Shown: positions 1-13,871 of the stretch, one piece after another
Layout of the letters: the number at the start of each line of letters is the position of its first letter
How positions within the stretch are numbered: position 1 is the stretch's first letter
Assembly (NCBI GenBank): GCA_951406725.2
Contig: OX597824.1
Coordinates: 86,552,001 to 86,616,000 of the forward strand
Source: Octopus vulgaris
Taxonomy: Eukaryota
DNA length: 64,000 nucleotides
Reading direction: 5' to 3'
The notes under the pieces: model-generated
Told to the model about the DNA's origin: nothing
Seen by the model: only the letters and a program-made list of their open reading frames with translations
Database searches by the model: none
Position numbers and translations under genes: made by a program

Positions 1-206
1 GTTTAATGATATGAGCTACAGCAAATATTCTGCTCAATAGCACAAGTTTGCTTGTCAGATGTTTGACCTTAACAAGTTGAGCATGTCCCTTAGTGGCTGA
101 CGATATATGCATCTCTGATCACAAGCTTTCTTGACACAACACACTGGTTGTAAACATCAATCATTTCCAGTCTTCCATGACAAACATTTCTGACCATGGG
201 GAGGTA

Positions 207-770
207 TTGGGTTGCCCGGAAAGTTTGTGCCGATTTATAGTAGCTTACCTTTCGACTTATTTTAGCACATGGTTGAGTCCATAAATCAGGATTTGACTAC
301 ACCTCCACTTAGAGCACAGTTTGAGCTATCTTTTTGTGGAAGAAGGTTTACGTTCCTATAACCTGTGTTAATTCTGTAACCCTTTAAAATGGAAGATAAG
401 AAAGTTCATTTTCGGCACTTGATGCTTTGGGAACCAGACAAAAATTGCTGCAGCTCGGCTGGGATGTGTTACCCCACCCTCCATATTCACCAGATATTGC
501 TCCTTTGGATTTCCACTTATTCAGGTCTCTATAGAATAGTCTTAATGGTAAAAATTTCAATTCCTTGGATGACGTAAAAAGATACCTTGATGAATTCTTT
601 GCCATGAAACCACCTCAATTCTGGGAAGATGGTATTTAAGTTAAAGGAAAGATGGAGACACATTGTGCAACAAAATGGTTCATATTTAGTTGATTAAAAA
701 TGTAATGGCAAGTATTTATTGACCTTTTTCTTTCCTTTAAAAATCGGCACAAACTTTCCGGACAACCCAA
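207..770 (+). mobile_element. Internally deleted mariner derivative (564 bp)
   Basis: Same TIRs and TA flanks as 39904-41187; the N-terminus [13 protein letters not shown] is joined directly to the C-terminal [17 protein letters not shown] region. Confidence 0.92.
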
Positions 771-938
771 TATTTCCTTGCTTGGAAACAGGTTAGAGTT
801 TGCTACAGGAAGGGCATCTGGCCATAGAAAATCTATCTCAACAAATGTGTCTGACCCATGCAAGCATGAAAAAGTGAGCATTAACTGATGATCCTCAGAA
901 TAAAGAGCTACATACATATTCACATGCCAAAATATACT

Positions 939-1229
939 ATGTGGATCCACATAGCCTAGTGGTTAGCGCAGCGGACTCAGTCAAGGGATTGCAGGTTCGA
1001 ATCCCATACCGGGTGATGTGTGTGCTTATGAGCAAAACACCTAAGCTCCATGCGGCTCTGGCAGAAGGTAAAGGTGAACTTCTGACTCTTTCGCCACAAC
1101 TTTCTCTCACTCTTTCCTCCTGCATCTTGCAGCTCACCTGTGACGAACTGGCGTCCCATCCAGGTGGGGAACCTATACGCCAAGGAAACCGGCCCTTATG
1201 AGCCAGGCATGGCTCGAGAAGGAACAACA
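939..1229 (+). mobile_element. tRNA-headed SINE family D with an 11-bp TSD. Relatives at about 3180-3520(-), 8917-9420 (tandem pair), 12720-13030, 43195-43482(-), 49853-50105, 52801-53102
   Basis: GCCTAGTGGTTAG A-box and GGTTCGAATCCC B-box; TSD caaaatatact at 928-938 and 1230-1240. Confidence 0.85.
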
Positions 1230-1291
1230 CAAAATATACTTAAAAAAAGAGAAGTAATTACATTAAATTAAATTTCTCAGTTATTTTCTGT

Positions 1292-1420
1292 TTTATTGGA
1301 AAATCCTATTTTATAAAGGAAAAAAATATTTGTTTCTTTAAATTCAGAGGAAAAATAAATGACTTTAAAACATGCTTATTTTTTGAGGAACTTCTTTACA
1401 AAAGACACCTTCAATTTATT
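1292..1420 (-). terminator. Candidate AATAAA polyadenylation signals for PPP2R3C (1415-1420 and 1292-1297)
   Basis: tttatt on the plus strand 80 and 200 bp past the stop codon; the context is AT-rich, so specificity is low. Confidence 0.4.
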
Positions 1421-1499
1421 TTTTAAACAGCTAAAAAAATATATATATATATATATCTAAATCATTTCTTAAATTTAATTAGTATTTTCATAAATCTTT

Positions 1500-1620
1500 T
1501 TAAATTTTGTATATCTCATCTTCTTCTTTTGAGCCATCAAGAACAATATATTCTCGGTTCTCGTAAGTCCAGAAGTCATTAAGATCTATAAGAATGCTCA
1601 ACACAGTGTCTCCCTTGCCA
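1500..1620 (-). CDS. PPP2R3C: PPP2R3C terminal exon 13 (GKGDTVLSILIDLNDFWTYENREYIVLDGSKEEDEIYKI*)
   Basis: tttcag acceptor at 1621-1622; FWTYENRE motif; stop at 1500-1502. Confidence 0.95.
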
Positions 1621-4600
1621 CTGAAATAAACAGAAAACAACAATATAAACGTTTTTGTATTGAGAGAGAGAAGGAAACAAAATGACAAGCAGTGTGTGTG
1701 TGTGTGCTTAAAGGGAGAGAATCGTTTCAAAATTTTTTTTTCCGTTTTCCCTTTTACTTGTTTCAGTCTTTAGAGCATGGCCATGCTGGAGCACCACCTT
1801 GAATGATCTTTTTTTAGTTGACTGAATCAACTCCAGTATTAATTTGTTTTTCTAAAACCTGATAGGCGCAGCTGTGTGGTAAGTAGCTTGCTAACCAACC
1901 ACATGGTTCTGGATTCAGTCCCACTGCGTGGCATCTTGGGCAAGTGTCTTCTACTATAGCCTCGGGCCGACCAAAGCCTTGTGAGTGGATTTGGTAGACG
2001 GAACTGAAAGAAGCCTATCGTGTATATATATGTGTATATATATGCGTGTGTGTGTCTGTCCCCCTAGCATTGCTTGACAACCGATGCTGGTGTGTTTATG
2101 TCCCCATAACTTAGCAGTTTGGCAAAAGAGAGGCCAATAGAATAAGTACTGGGCTTACAAAGAATAAGTCCCGGGGTCGAGTTGCTCGATTAAAAGCGGT
2201 GCTCCAGCATGGCCGTAGTCAAATGATCGAAACGAGTAAAGAGTATACTTATCCTATCAGTCTCTTTTGCTGAATTGCTAAGTTATGGGATACAAACACA
2301 CCAACACCGGTTGTCAAGTGGTGATTGGGGACAAATAGACCACAAAGACACACACGTGTCTGTGTGCGCGCGTGCATATGAATATATATATATATACAGT
2401 TGCGGCCAAAATGTTCGGAACGGTATTGTTTTCGTCAGAAAAGTAGGTATAATTTTTTATCAAAGTTGTTTTATAATCTATAATTTTCAGACAATAAATA
2501 CGACATTATTTGTTATTGTCTGAGATTTTGATGCAATTTGAGAGGATACTACAAAAGTTATGGATGATTTAGTGATTTACTGCAAAATCCATGGCGGCCA
2601 AAATGATCAGAACGGTTGACAAAATATGGCACCTAGGGCAATGTGTTTTCTTCTATAGCCTCGACCTGACCAAAGCCTTGTGAGTGGATTTGGTAGATGG
2701 AAACTGAAAGAAGCCCGTCGTATATATATATATATATTTCTTTACTACCCACAAGGGGCTAAACACAGAGAGGACAGACAAAGGGATTAAGTCAATTACA
2801 TCGACCCCAGTGCGTAACTGGTGCTTAATTTATCGACCTTGAAAGGATGAAAGGCAAAGTCGACCTCGGCGGAATTTGAACCCAGAACGTAACGGCAGAC
2901 GAAATATGGCCACGCATTTCAAAATAGCAGGTAGTTAATTAATCAGAGCAGAGAGATCAAAACTGAAGTGATTTTTGGCTTCAGTAACCCTAAATATACC
3001 CCAAAACAGGTCTAACCTCTAATGCATCAAAATTTAGGTACAACTTGGGGCCCCTAAATTTCAGTGCACTACAGGTTACATTAAGAGATAAAGGAGGCTG
3101 CTGTATCTACACAACTAGAAGTGATAGGATAAAATTGGTGATTTATATAGAATTAGAATTCAAAAGATAACCAAGAATATCTGAGACCCCTTCGGTCACG
3201 ACACAGACCATGGGATTGCACCTAGAAAGTTACCCTCACAGGCACAAGTCCAGGCAAGTTTGTTTATGGAAGACCAGTAGTCGCCCATGCATACTGGCCT
3301 CCCCTCTCCACGTCGCCAGTGTTATCCAAGGGAAAGGCAAAGGGGCCAATACAACTTGGCACCAGTGACGGTGCAACTCATTTCTACAGCTGAGTGAACT
3401 GGAGCAACGTGAAATAAAGTGTCTTGCTCAAGAACACAACATGCAGCTCGGTCCGGGATTCGAGCTCACAACCTCACGATCGTAAGCTCGATGCTCTAAC
3501 CACTGAGCCACGCGCCTCCAACTAAGAATATGTATGACCTGTAAGACACCAAAATATGTGCATCGGTGTCATTGTTATCAGATACATTTTATTATAACTA
3601 TTAAAAAACAAGACATTTCACAGAATAAAAAAATTGATGTGGAAAACAAAAACTAATGATTTTCAGATTTAGTATCCTGAAAGAAGTTAAAAGCAAGTCT
3701 CAGACCTAAATCAGAAAATAAAGTGCAGGTGTCACATAGGAGTACCAGTCCTGTGTAAAAGCACCTAGTACACTCTGCAAAGTGGTTGGCATTAGGAAAG
3801 GCATCCAGCCATAGAAACCAAGCCATGACAGACAAGGAACCTGAACAGCCCTTCAGCTGGTCAGCTCCTGCCAAATTGTCCAACCGATGCCAGCATGGAA
3901 AACAGAGGTTAAATGTGGATGATCATGACCATGTGTTATGTAGAGTCAACAATGCATAGCCAGTACTTATCTTTATATATAAAAGTCAAGTTGTGTGTCT
4001 GTCTCCTACGATTTAGATTCCTAACTACTTCCACATTTTGCAGTGCAGTTTAACCAAAACAGGGTATCTTATAGTCGTGATTCATATCGAACCCTTCTGG
4101 GTATTAGCGCGCATCTACGATTTAAAAAAAAATTTACCATCATTTTTTCCCATTTTAATGCATTTTTTCGCTATTATATAAGGGAAGTAACTCTCTAAAA
4201 ATGTCTACGATGAGTCAACGATTTAAAAAAAATTTACCATCATTTTTGTTGCATTTTTTGCTATTTTTTGGCTACAACTCTCTAAAAATGCTTATATAGT
4301 TATTTCCCTTACAAACCCGAGCAACACCAGGCGATACTGCTAGTTTGTCCTAAAATTTAAAAAAATAAACTCACCTATGGATTAAATCTTGTAAAGTTAT
4401 TTTAAAAGGTTCTTTTGGTTTCACCATATCAAATATTTCATCTCTAACGTCTTCAAATAGAATTGGCTCTTGTTTATGTCTTTTCATTTGTTCTTGAATA
4501 GCCTGAAAGAATTTAATTTGCATAACTAAACGTAAAACATACGACAAAAATTTAACTTAACTGCACAATACATTCATTTAACTTTTTAATCTCTCTATAT

Positions 4601-7600
4601 ATAAAGCTGAAGTTGTCTGTGTATGGCAGGTTTGGTAGCCTTCAACTAACACTATCTCCTCCGAGACCCTGCGGCGCAAGTTGACCAAAATTGAGAGTAT
4701 GATAGAAGAAGGCTTGTTCTTCCTTCCGTAGAAGAAAAAATTCAAATCGGACCATGTTAACACCAAAAATTATTTACATAAAAAAGATGCTTTTTTTCTA
4801 TGAAAATCTCTATTTTTTACGATCTTTTGACTGCTGTGTCGCTATTTTTCTGTGTATTTCAACCAGAAAAATGCTCGCTTAACAAGAATAACAAGCTACA
4901 TAATGCAAAATTTTTACTTTTCAAAAATTCCAATTCTAAAGGGTCGAAAAGAAAACAAGCCCGAGCAACGCCGGGCTATACTGCTAGTTAAATATATCCT
5001 TAGACTAGTTTTTTATGAGTATGTAACATACTCATCCAATAATTGTTAATTCTACTCAGTTCAGTTTAGACAGCTAAATAATCCTTTCTACTCTAGGCAC
5101 AAGGCCCAAAATTTTTGGGGAGGAGGCCAGTCGATTAGATCGACCCCTGTATGCAACTGATACTTAATTTATTGACCATGAAAGGCAAAGTCGACCTCGG
5201 CGGAATTTGAACTCAGAACGTGAAGACACAAAATACCGCTAAGCATTTCGCCCGGCATGCTAACATTTCTGCCAGCTCGCCGCCTTTAGGCACCTAAGTA
5301 ATGTTAATGTTCATTAGAGTCTATACACATCGAAATCTGTTAAATTCAAGTACAGTAGCACCTTGGTTTTCATACAACTCTAATCAGAAATAAATCATGC
5401 TTTATATATATATATTTATGTAAGACACAATTTATTCGTAATCAGAGTTGTCTGAAAACCAAGGTGCTACTGTATTTATGTACTTCTGTATCTATCTGCG
5501 GCTTTATATAGCTATGGTGCGACCTCACCTGGAATTTGCATCACCGGTCTGGAACCCCTATCTTGCCCAGGATATTAATCGTTTGCAAGCCGTTCAGCAA
5601 CGTGCAACCAAGAGAATACCCTCCATCAGGCATTTGCCATATTCTGAACGCCTTACTTCCCTGGGCATGGATACATTGAAACTCCGACGTCTGGCAGCTG
5701 ACTTGGCAGACACCCATAAAATTATTAACCATCTTACTAACAATAACTCTGAGCACCTTTTCAAACTCCACCTGTCTAACACCCATGGACATGTTTACAA
5801 AGTCAGAAAACAACATTTTTTCACGCTAAGAGTTGCTGAAGCATGGAACAAACTGCCGGCATCTGTTGTTAGTCGTTGGAGCACTGCATCCTTCAAAACT
5901 TCCATGCTTCCTGAGATTGGCCAACACTACACCTGATTTCCTCCCCTCCATACACACGCAAGCATGTATCTGACTCATACACTGTTCACTTCCCAGACAT
6001 TTGTACATTAATGCATTCGTTTTATATGCAGTTTTGACAAGTTGTGGTGCACCTGAGCACTGTATACAATAATTTCATTATTATTATACATACATACATC
6101 CTTCAAAAGTCGGAGCACTGCATCCTTCAAAACTTCCATGATTCCTGAGATTCGCCAACACTACACCTAATTTTTCTCCCCTCCATACACACACAAGCAT
6201 GTATCTGACTCATACACTGTTCACTTTCCAGACATTTGTACATTAATGCATATGTTTTATACGCACTTTTGACAAGTTGTGGTGCACCTGAGCACTGTAT
6301 ACAATAATTTCATTATTATTATCATTATTTTACATACATACATCCTTCAAAAGTCGGAGCACTGCATCCTTCAAAACTTCCATGATTCCTGAGATTCGCC
6401 AACACTACACCTGATTTTTCTCTCCTCCATACACACACAAGCATGTATCCAACTCATACACTGTTCACTTCCCAGACATTTGTACATTACTGCATATGCT
6501 TTATACGCACTTTTGACAAGTTGTGGTGCACCTGAGCACTGTATACAATAATTTCATTATTATTATTATTATTATTATTATTTGTAAACAGTTTTAGATT
6601 TTGTATTATATCTTTTATCTTTTGCTCGGACTCCTAAGGTCAGGTAACTGGCCTGAAGAGTCTTAGGGCACAAGAAAAAAGAAACCTATGAAAGAGTAGA
6701 CTGTATCTCAGGTAAACATTAGCACCTGAAGCCAAATCAATTCTGGCAGGAAGGATAAAACTGTGTACTTACTCGATAAAAATAATTAAGTGAGAATGTA
6801 TCAAGATAACCTTTCTGCTGTACGTCTAAAATACGAAAAAGGTACTGTAATGACTGAGGCTCTTTCCGGTTCTCCAGGGCTAAAACAAAATCAAGGTAAG
6901 TTTTGTAGTCCTGAAAAATAAATTAGAAATATTAGACTAATGAATCATTAAGTTTTGGAAAAAGGCTATTAAAGATATTTTTTGATATTCAATTAAAAAT
7001 TAGTGCTGGTGGCACGTAAAAAGCACCATCCGTTCGTGGCCATTGCCAGCCTCGCCTGGCCCTCATGCTGGTGGCATGTAAAAAGCACCATCCGATCATG
7101 GCATTTTGCCAGCCTCGTCTGGCACCTGTGCTGGTGGCACGTAAAAAGCACCCACTACACACATGGAGTGGTTGGCGTTAGGAAGGGCATCCAGCCGAAG
7201 AAACATTGCCAGATCAGACTGGGCCTGGTGCAGCCTCCAGGCTTCCCAGACCCCAGTTGAACCGTCCAACCCATGCTAGGATGGAAAGCGGAAGCTAAAA
7301 GATGATGATCATCATTATCATCATTAAATGTTCATTTTCTCTGCTGGACAGTTTGATAGGAGCTGGCAAGCCAGAGGACTGCACCGGGTCTCTTTAGTGG
7401 AATTGTTTCTATCGCAGGATGCCCTTCCTAATGCCAACCACTTTACAGAGTGCACCGGGTGCTATTCACATGGTACAGACCAAGATGCATTTTTACTTCA
7501 TGCTAGCACGGATGCTCTTCACATGGCACCAGCACGGGTGCCTTCTACACGGTGCTGACACAGGTGCATTTTAACATGGTACCAGCATGGGGTGCTTTTT

Positions 7601-10600
7601 ACATGGCACATAAATTGAATATTATAATTTATTTGCAAGTTCACAAGGATGCAAATTTTATCTATCCAATCATGAAACTAAAAAATATCTCAATACTAAC
7701 ATCATAATCAACAAGCAGAATTAATTTCATTTCCTAACATTAACTGCTTGAACTCTTCCGCATTCGGATTTCTGTGAAATGTGATGCTTATTTATTCATT
7801 GTTCAAGCTTTCAATGATGTGATTTTATTTTTTCTTGTGCCCTAAGACTCTTTAGGCCAGTTACCTTCATTTAAAAGCAATGAAACTAGTTTATATGCAA
7901 TCAACATTTACAAAAATAATTTCTAGCCAAAATTTATCATTGAATCCTGGTTGAACTATTGAACCAATTTTAATTAATTTCTAAAACTTTTGCAACCTAA
8001 GAATTCTAAAACTGCTGTTATCTAAATAAGATAGAAATAATTTTGAAGTGGTGATCCCGAGTCTTTAACTCAGGACTCTCAAATGTCTGGGTTTGAGAAA
8101 CAAATAAATCTACTCCATATCTACAAATTAAAAAAAAAAGAAATCAAATTGAGAAATATAAACAACAAACAAGATGATGAGGATAAGAAGGAAGGCAGAT
8201 GCCAATAAAAAGTTACATAGAAACAAATCTAAAAATATAGCAACCTACAAAGGTTTTCAATACTAACCATTTCTCCATCATAAGTTAAGCATTCCTGGAA
8301 TATTCTGTCAAGAAAGACATCAGTCAAAGTTCCCGTACCATATCTGTGGTGGGAAAAAATTAACTTAAAATCATAAAAACTTAGAAATAATTCTTTCTAA
8401 TTTTGGCACAAGGCCGGCAATTTTGAGGGAAGGAGGTAAGTTGATTATATCAACCCCAGTGTTCAACTGGTACTTATTTTATTAAAATCCGAACGTGGCC
8501 GTTGCCAGCCTCGCCTGGCCCCCATGCAGGTGGCACGTAAAAAGGCTGGCAAATGGCAACGATGTAATAATAATTACCTGGATAATTCTTCTTTGCTAAG
8601 CATACCATTGTGGTCTTTATCTAAATTTAGATACTGACCATATACACGCAAAGCAGACGGCGCTGAAAACCAGTTTGATTCTTGCATTTCTTTAGAGAGT
8701 TCTTCATCACGTAACTACAAAAAAAAACAAAAAAAATAATATTACAAACTGGTAAACTGGAGCAGTACATTACCATATCTAGAACAAAAGCATCTTTTTA
8801 TCTAGTCAAATCCTCTCAAAGGATTCCTACACTATTTGTGGCATTATAACTGAAGCTCTGTCAGTCAGTCAGACTGACAGACAAGGTTATCTAGTGCAGC
8901 ATTATTAACATCAGTGAAGGCATGTGACTTAGTGGTTAGGGTGTTGAACTCATGATTGTAAGATTGTGGTTTCGATTCCTGAACTGGGCGACGCGTTGTG
9001 TTCTTGAGCAAAACACTTCATTTCACGTTGCTCCAGTCCACTCAGCTGGCAAAAATGAGTAATCCTGCAATGGACTGGCGTCCCGTCCAGCTGGGGAACA
9101 CATACGCCATGGAAACCGGGCCCATGAGCCTGGCTAGGCTTTAAAAAGGGTGCATTTATTTTGTGGAGGCGCGTGGCTTATTGGTTAGGGTGTCAGCATC
9201 ATGATCGTAAGATTGTGGTTTCGATTCCTGGACGGGGCGACGCGTTGTGTTCTTGAGCAAAACACTTCATTTCACGTTGCTCCAGTCCACTCAGCTGGCA
9301 AAAATGAGTAACGCTGCGATGGACTGGCGTCCCATCCAGCTGAGGAACACATGCGCCATAGACACTGGGAAACCAGGGCTATGAGCCTGGTTAGGCTTTA
9401 AAAGGGCGCATTTATTTTTACTTTATTATTAACATCAACCATTGTTAGATCACTGAAGTTAAGTTCAAAAATATTAAGAAACAGGATGTAATATAAGCAA
9501 ACAAAATGGTGTTGTTAAGAACAATAATATGCTTCACTTCAAAGAAAAGAAAAGGATGAGTTTGAACTTAGTACATTTATTGGTCTGAAATCTAGAATCT
9601 ATAACCAATAACAGGAATAGCTAATAAATTTAGAAAATGTTTTGTTGACTTTAGCAGCCAGTTGAAACTGTTGATGTTTTTTTATGTTTTATATAGAAAA
9701 TATATTCAGTGTTTATGCTATGAGATCTACCTAATGTTAACCCTTTAGCTTTTTAACAGGCCATATCCAGTCCAAATATTCTATCTGTTTTGTTTTTTTT
9801 TGTATATTCACACTGGCCAGATCTGGCCTTTCACACCTATCCTACGTCATTCTAAAAATAAACAACCATATCATTGAAATCTTGAAGCTGCAAGATAACG
9901 CATGATTAAGTAAAAGCTCTGTGGATAAGTAAGCATTACATTTGACTGAATAATCTGAATGCTAAAGGGTTTAAGAAAGGACTCCAATACTTTCCCGAAC
10001 TAAGTAGACTTCATAGAATAAAATGAGGAAGTACAGATGTATTGTAGGGAACAGGGTTAAAGGAATCCAAGCACCTTTACACCTTTTAACATCCATTTTT
10101 CAATATTTATTTCTTTATTGTCCGCAGGGGCCCAAACATAGAGGGGACAAACAAGGAGAGACAAAGGGATTAAGTCGATTACATCGACCCCAGTGCGGAA
10201 CTGGTACTTATTTAATCGACCCCAAAAGGATGAAAGGCAAATTTAACCTTAGCAGAATTTGAACTCAGAACATAATGGCAGGCAAAATACCTATTTCTTT
10301 ACTACCCACAAGGGGCTAAACACAGAGGGGACAAACAACGAACAGACAAATGGATTAAGTCGATTACATTGACCCCAGTGCAGAACTGGTACTTATTTAA
10401 TCAACCCCGAAAGGATGAAAGGCAAAGTCAACCTCGGCGGAATTTGAACTCAGAACATAGCGGCAGACGAAATACCGCTAAGCATTTCACCTGGCGTGAT
10501 AACGATTCTCCCAGCTCGCTGCCTTTTTCAATATTAGCACAGGTGGGACAGATATGGCCTTAAGCCATATGTTTCTATTATGCATCACCATATTTGTGAG

Positions 10601-11738
10601 ACCATCATCCTGAAATCTGATGTCATCATTTATTCCCATATCTCACTCTCTTACATGACACCCACTATTGATAATAAACAACTGTCACTCTCACCCAGCA
10701 CTCATCATTACTTCATACCACATATGCATAGCAACACGGCTGCCTGTCCTGCATTCTCATCTTATGTAAACAAATTGTTATTGCTTTTCTTTGGCCTCTG
10801 GTCAGCCTTAAGCAAGCTAGCATTTGAACAAAAGCGTTCCAATTGTGACCAACCCATCTTTTTTATTTCCAGAAAGTGCATTTTGGACCATATTATAAAA
10901 TGTGATCTTTTTTAAGATGTCAGAGTATGATCTGAAAGGAAATTCAGTTGCTATTTCCAGCAGTTGGAATGACTCTATAAAGGCTCAGTCATAACATAAT
11001 TTGAGGGATTTTGCGTTGCAAGTTACTTGGTAACCCTCCTGCTGCTGGTGCCACATAGAAAGCACACAGTACATTTTGTAAAGTGGATGACATTAGGAAG
11101 GGCATCCAGCCCTAGAAACCAGGCCGAAGCAGACACTAAAGCATGGCACAATCTTCTGTCAGCTCCTGTCAAACTGTCCAACCCATACCAGCTTGGAAGG
11201 AGAATGTTAAATGATGACGATGTAAACTGTCACTTATCTAAATTCTCTTGTTAGATCAGTGATAATTGATGCTAGTATGTGTTCTCTGCCAATCCAAACT
11301 TACCTCTAATAAATTATCAAGAAAACCACAGGCAAGGATATCCAGAATTTTAATCTTTCCAGTTCGCATAGGATCAAGGAAGAAAAAGAATTTTCTGACA
11401 GCAGTACACACGTAGAAGGAGTAAAAAGATCTTTCCAAGATATTCAACTGAAAAGAAATCAATATTTTGAAACCCAAAATAAGAAGATATATATGTGTGA
11501 ATATATATATATTTCTTTATTGCCCACAAGGGGCTAAACATAGAGGGGACAAACAAAGACAGACAAAGGGATTAAGTCGGTTACATCGACCCCAGTGCGT
11601 AACTGGTACTTCATTTATCGACCCTGAAAGGATGAAAGGCAAAGCCGACCTCGGCAGAATTTGAACTCAGAACATAACATCAGACGAAATACGGCTACGC
11701 ATTTCGCCCGGCATGCTAACGATTCTGCCAGCTAGCTG

Positions 11739-11782
<44 letters not shown>

Positions 11783-12672
11783 CAGAATTGAATAAACAAA
11801 TTTATTCTGCTTTATAATAATGAATTAATGGAGAAATTGTATCCTCACATAAGATATTTACAAAAAAATTGACAATTCATATGTTCAGTTCTATATTTAA
11901 GAGATGAGTAATTATGTACATTATTTATATTTGACGGATATTTGTCCCCATCTTGTTTGTTGTTAACACAACGTTTCATCTGATATACCCTCCAGCCTTC
12001 ATCAGGTGTCATGGGTAAATTTCAAACCTGGGTTTTCATTCCTAAGGTATTTTTCAATGTTATTGTTATTATTCAGGTCACTGCCTGGAATCGAACTCGG
12101 AATTTTGAGGTTAGTAGCCTACACTCTTAACCATTACGCCATGTGTCCAGGCATATGGTGTAGTGGTTAATTTATATGTTTCCTAACAAACTCAAATAAA
12201 AAATAACTACTGCATAAAATGGTTCTGTAGTTAAGGTCATTTTGCAAACTGTATGGCTACAGGTTCAGTCCTACTGCATGGCACCCAGAGTAAACAAATC
12301 TCGTTATAATTTTTTTTTTTTTTTAATTCATAATTGATCAACAAATCTTTTTTATCCATACTTTTAAACTAAGTACAAACATACAGAGAATATAAATGGT
12401 AATTTTAAAATATCCATAAAAATGTAGGCTACAGTAACTTATCATTTATCTTCTGCTTGCTTCAGTCACTGGACTGTGGCCATACTAGGGCAGCACCTTG
12501 AAGGGTTTAGTCAAACAAATCAACACCAGTACTTACCTTTTTAAGTCTGGTATTTCTTCTATTGGTCTTCTTTGCCAAACTGCTAAGTTACCGGGGCATA
12601 AATAAACCAATACTAGATGCCAAGTTTTGGGGATGGAGAACACAAATACATGCATATATATGTGTGTGGAAG

Positions 12673-12722
<50 letters not shown>

Positions 12723-13814
12723 GGACGCAATTGGCCAGTGTTTAGGGCAGCAGACTCGCGGTCGTAGGATCGCGGTTTCAATTTCTGGACCGGGCATTGT
12801 GAGTGTTTATTGAGCGAAAATACCTAAAGCGCCACGAGGCTCCAGCAGGGGGTGGTGGTGATCCCTGCTGTACTCTCACCACAACTTTCTCCCACTCTTT
12901 CTTCTGTTGGCCTGCTCACTTAGCCATTGGGGTGGCGTCATTTGAAGGCTAAAACAATGTGAAGCGCATTGTGACCAGCAATATGTAGCAACATCTGATA
13001 CCCTGGTCGGTCACAGTGATCATGGTGATATATATATATATATATATATATATGGTTTCTACACTGTTTCCATCTACCAGGTTCAATCACAAAGAATTAG
13101 TCAGCCTGAGGCTATAGCAGTAAACACTAGCCCAAGGTTCTGTGCAGTGGGACTGAACCTGAAATCATGTGGTTTCAAAGTGAGTTTTTTTTAACCACAC
13201 AGCCATGTCTGCACTTGTAAAAGAAAATTTCAAGACTTTTTCAATGTCGGTCACTCAGACTTTGACGAATTAGTGTCATCATCTGCTACTTTCAGAATGC
13301 ACCCCACTTTTAAACAAGAAATTAATTTTGTAGTACTTGTGTGTAAAAGTAGCTGCAAAAATAAAAAAAAAAAAAAAAAAAAAACAATATTTTACTAATA
13401 GATAATTTGTTTCCAGCCTCGTCTGGCACGTAAAAAGCACCCACTACACTCACGGAGTGGTTGGCGTTAGGAAGGGCATCCGGCCGTAGAAACATTGCCA
13501 GGTGAGACTGGGCCTGGTGCAGCCTTCTGGCTTCCCAGACCCCAGTTAAACCGTCCAACCCATGCTAGCATGGAAAGCGAACGATGATGATGATGATGAT
13601 GTGGAATGAAAAGCGAAGCCAATCTCAGAAGGATTTCAAGTCAGAATGAAAAACATACTCTGCTATTAACTGCTGATTATCTAACACCCTCAAACTATAA
13701 TTAGATAAGTTTCAGCCAGTATTGGCCGAGGTCATGTCTAAATATCATCACCTGGAAAACTCATTTAAAGGTGTTTCATACGAGTTGTTGTTTGGGCACC
13801 ATAGCCCATTCAAG

Positions 13815-13871
<57 letters not shown>

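Noticed and set aside
943-1010. tRNA-like sequences here and at other SINE heads (e.g. 9165, 12721, 52801)
   Set aside because: A/B boxes are present, but they continue into SINE bodies with TSDs and lack a proper acceptor stem; not tRNA genes.
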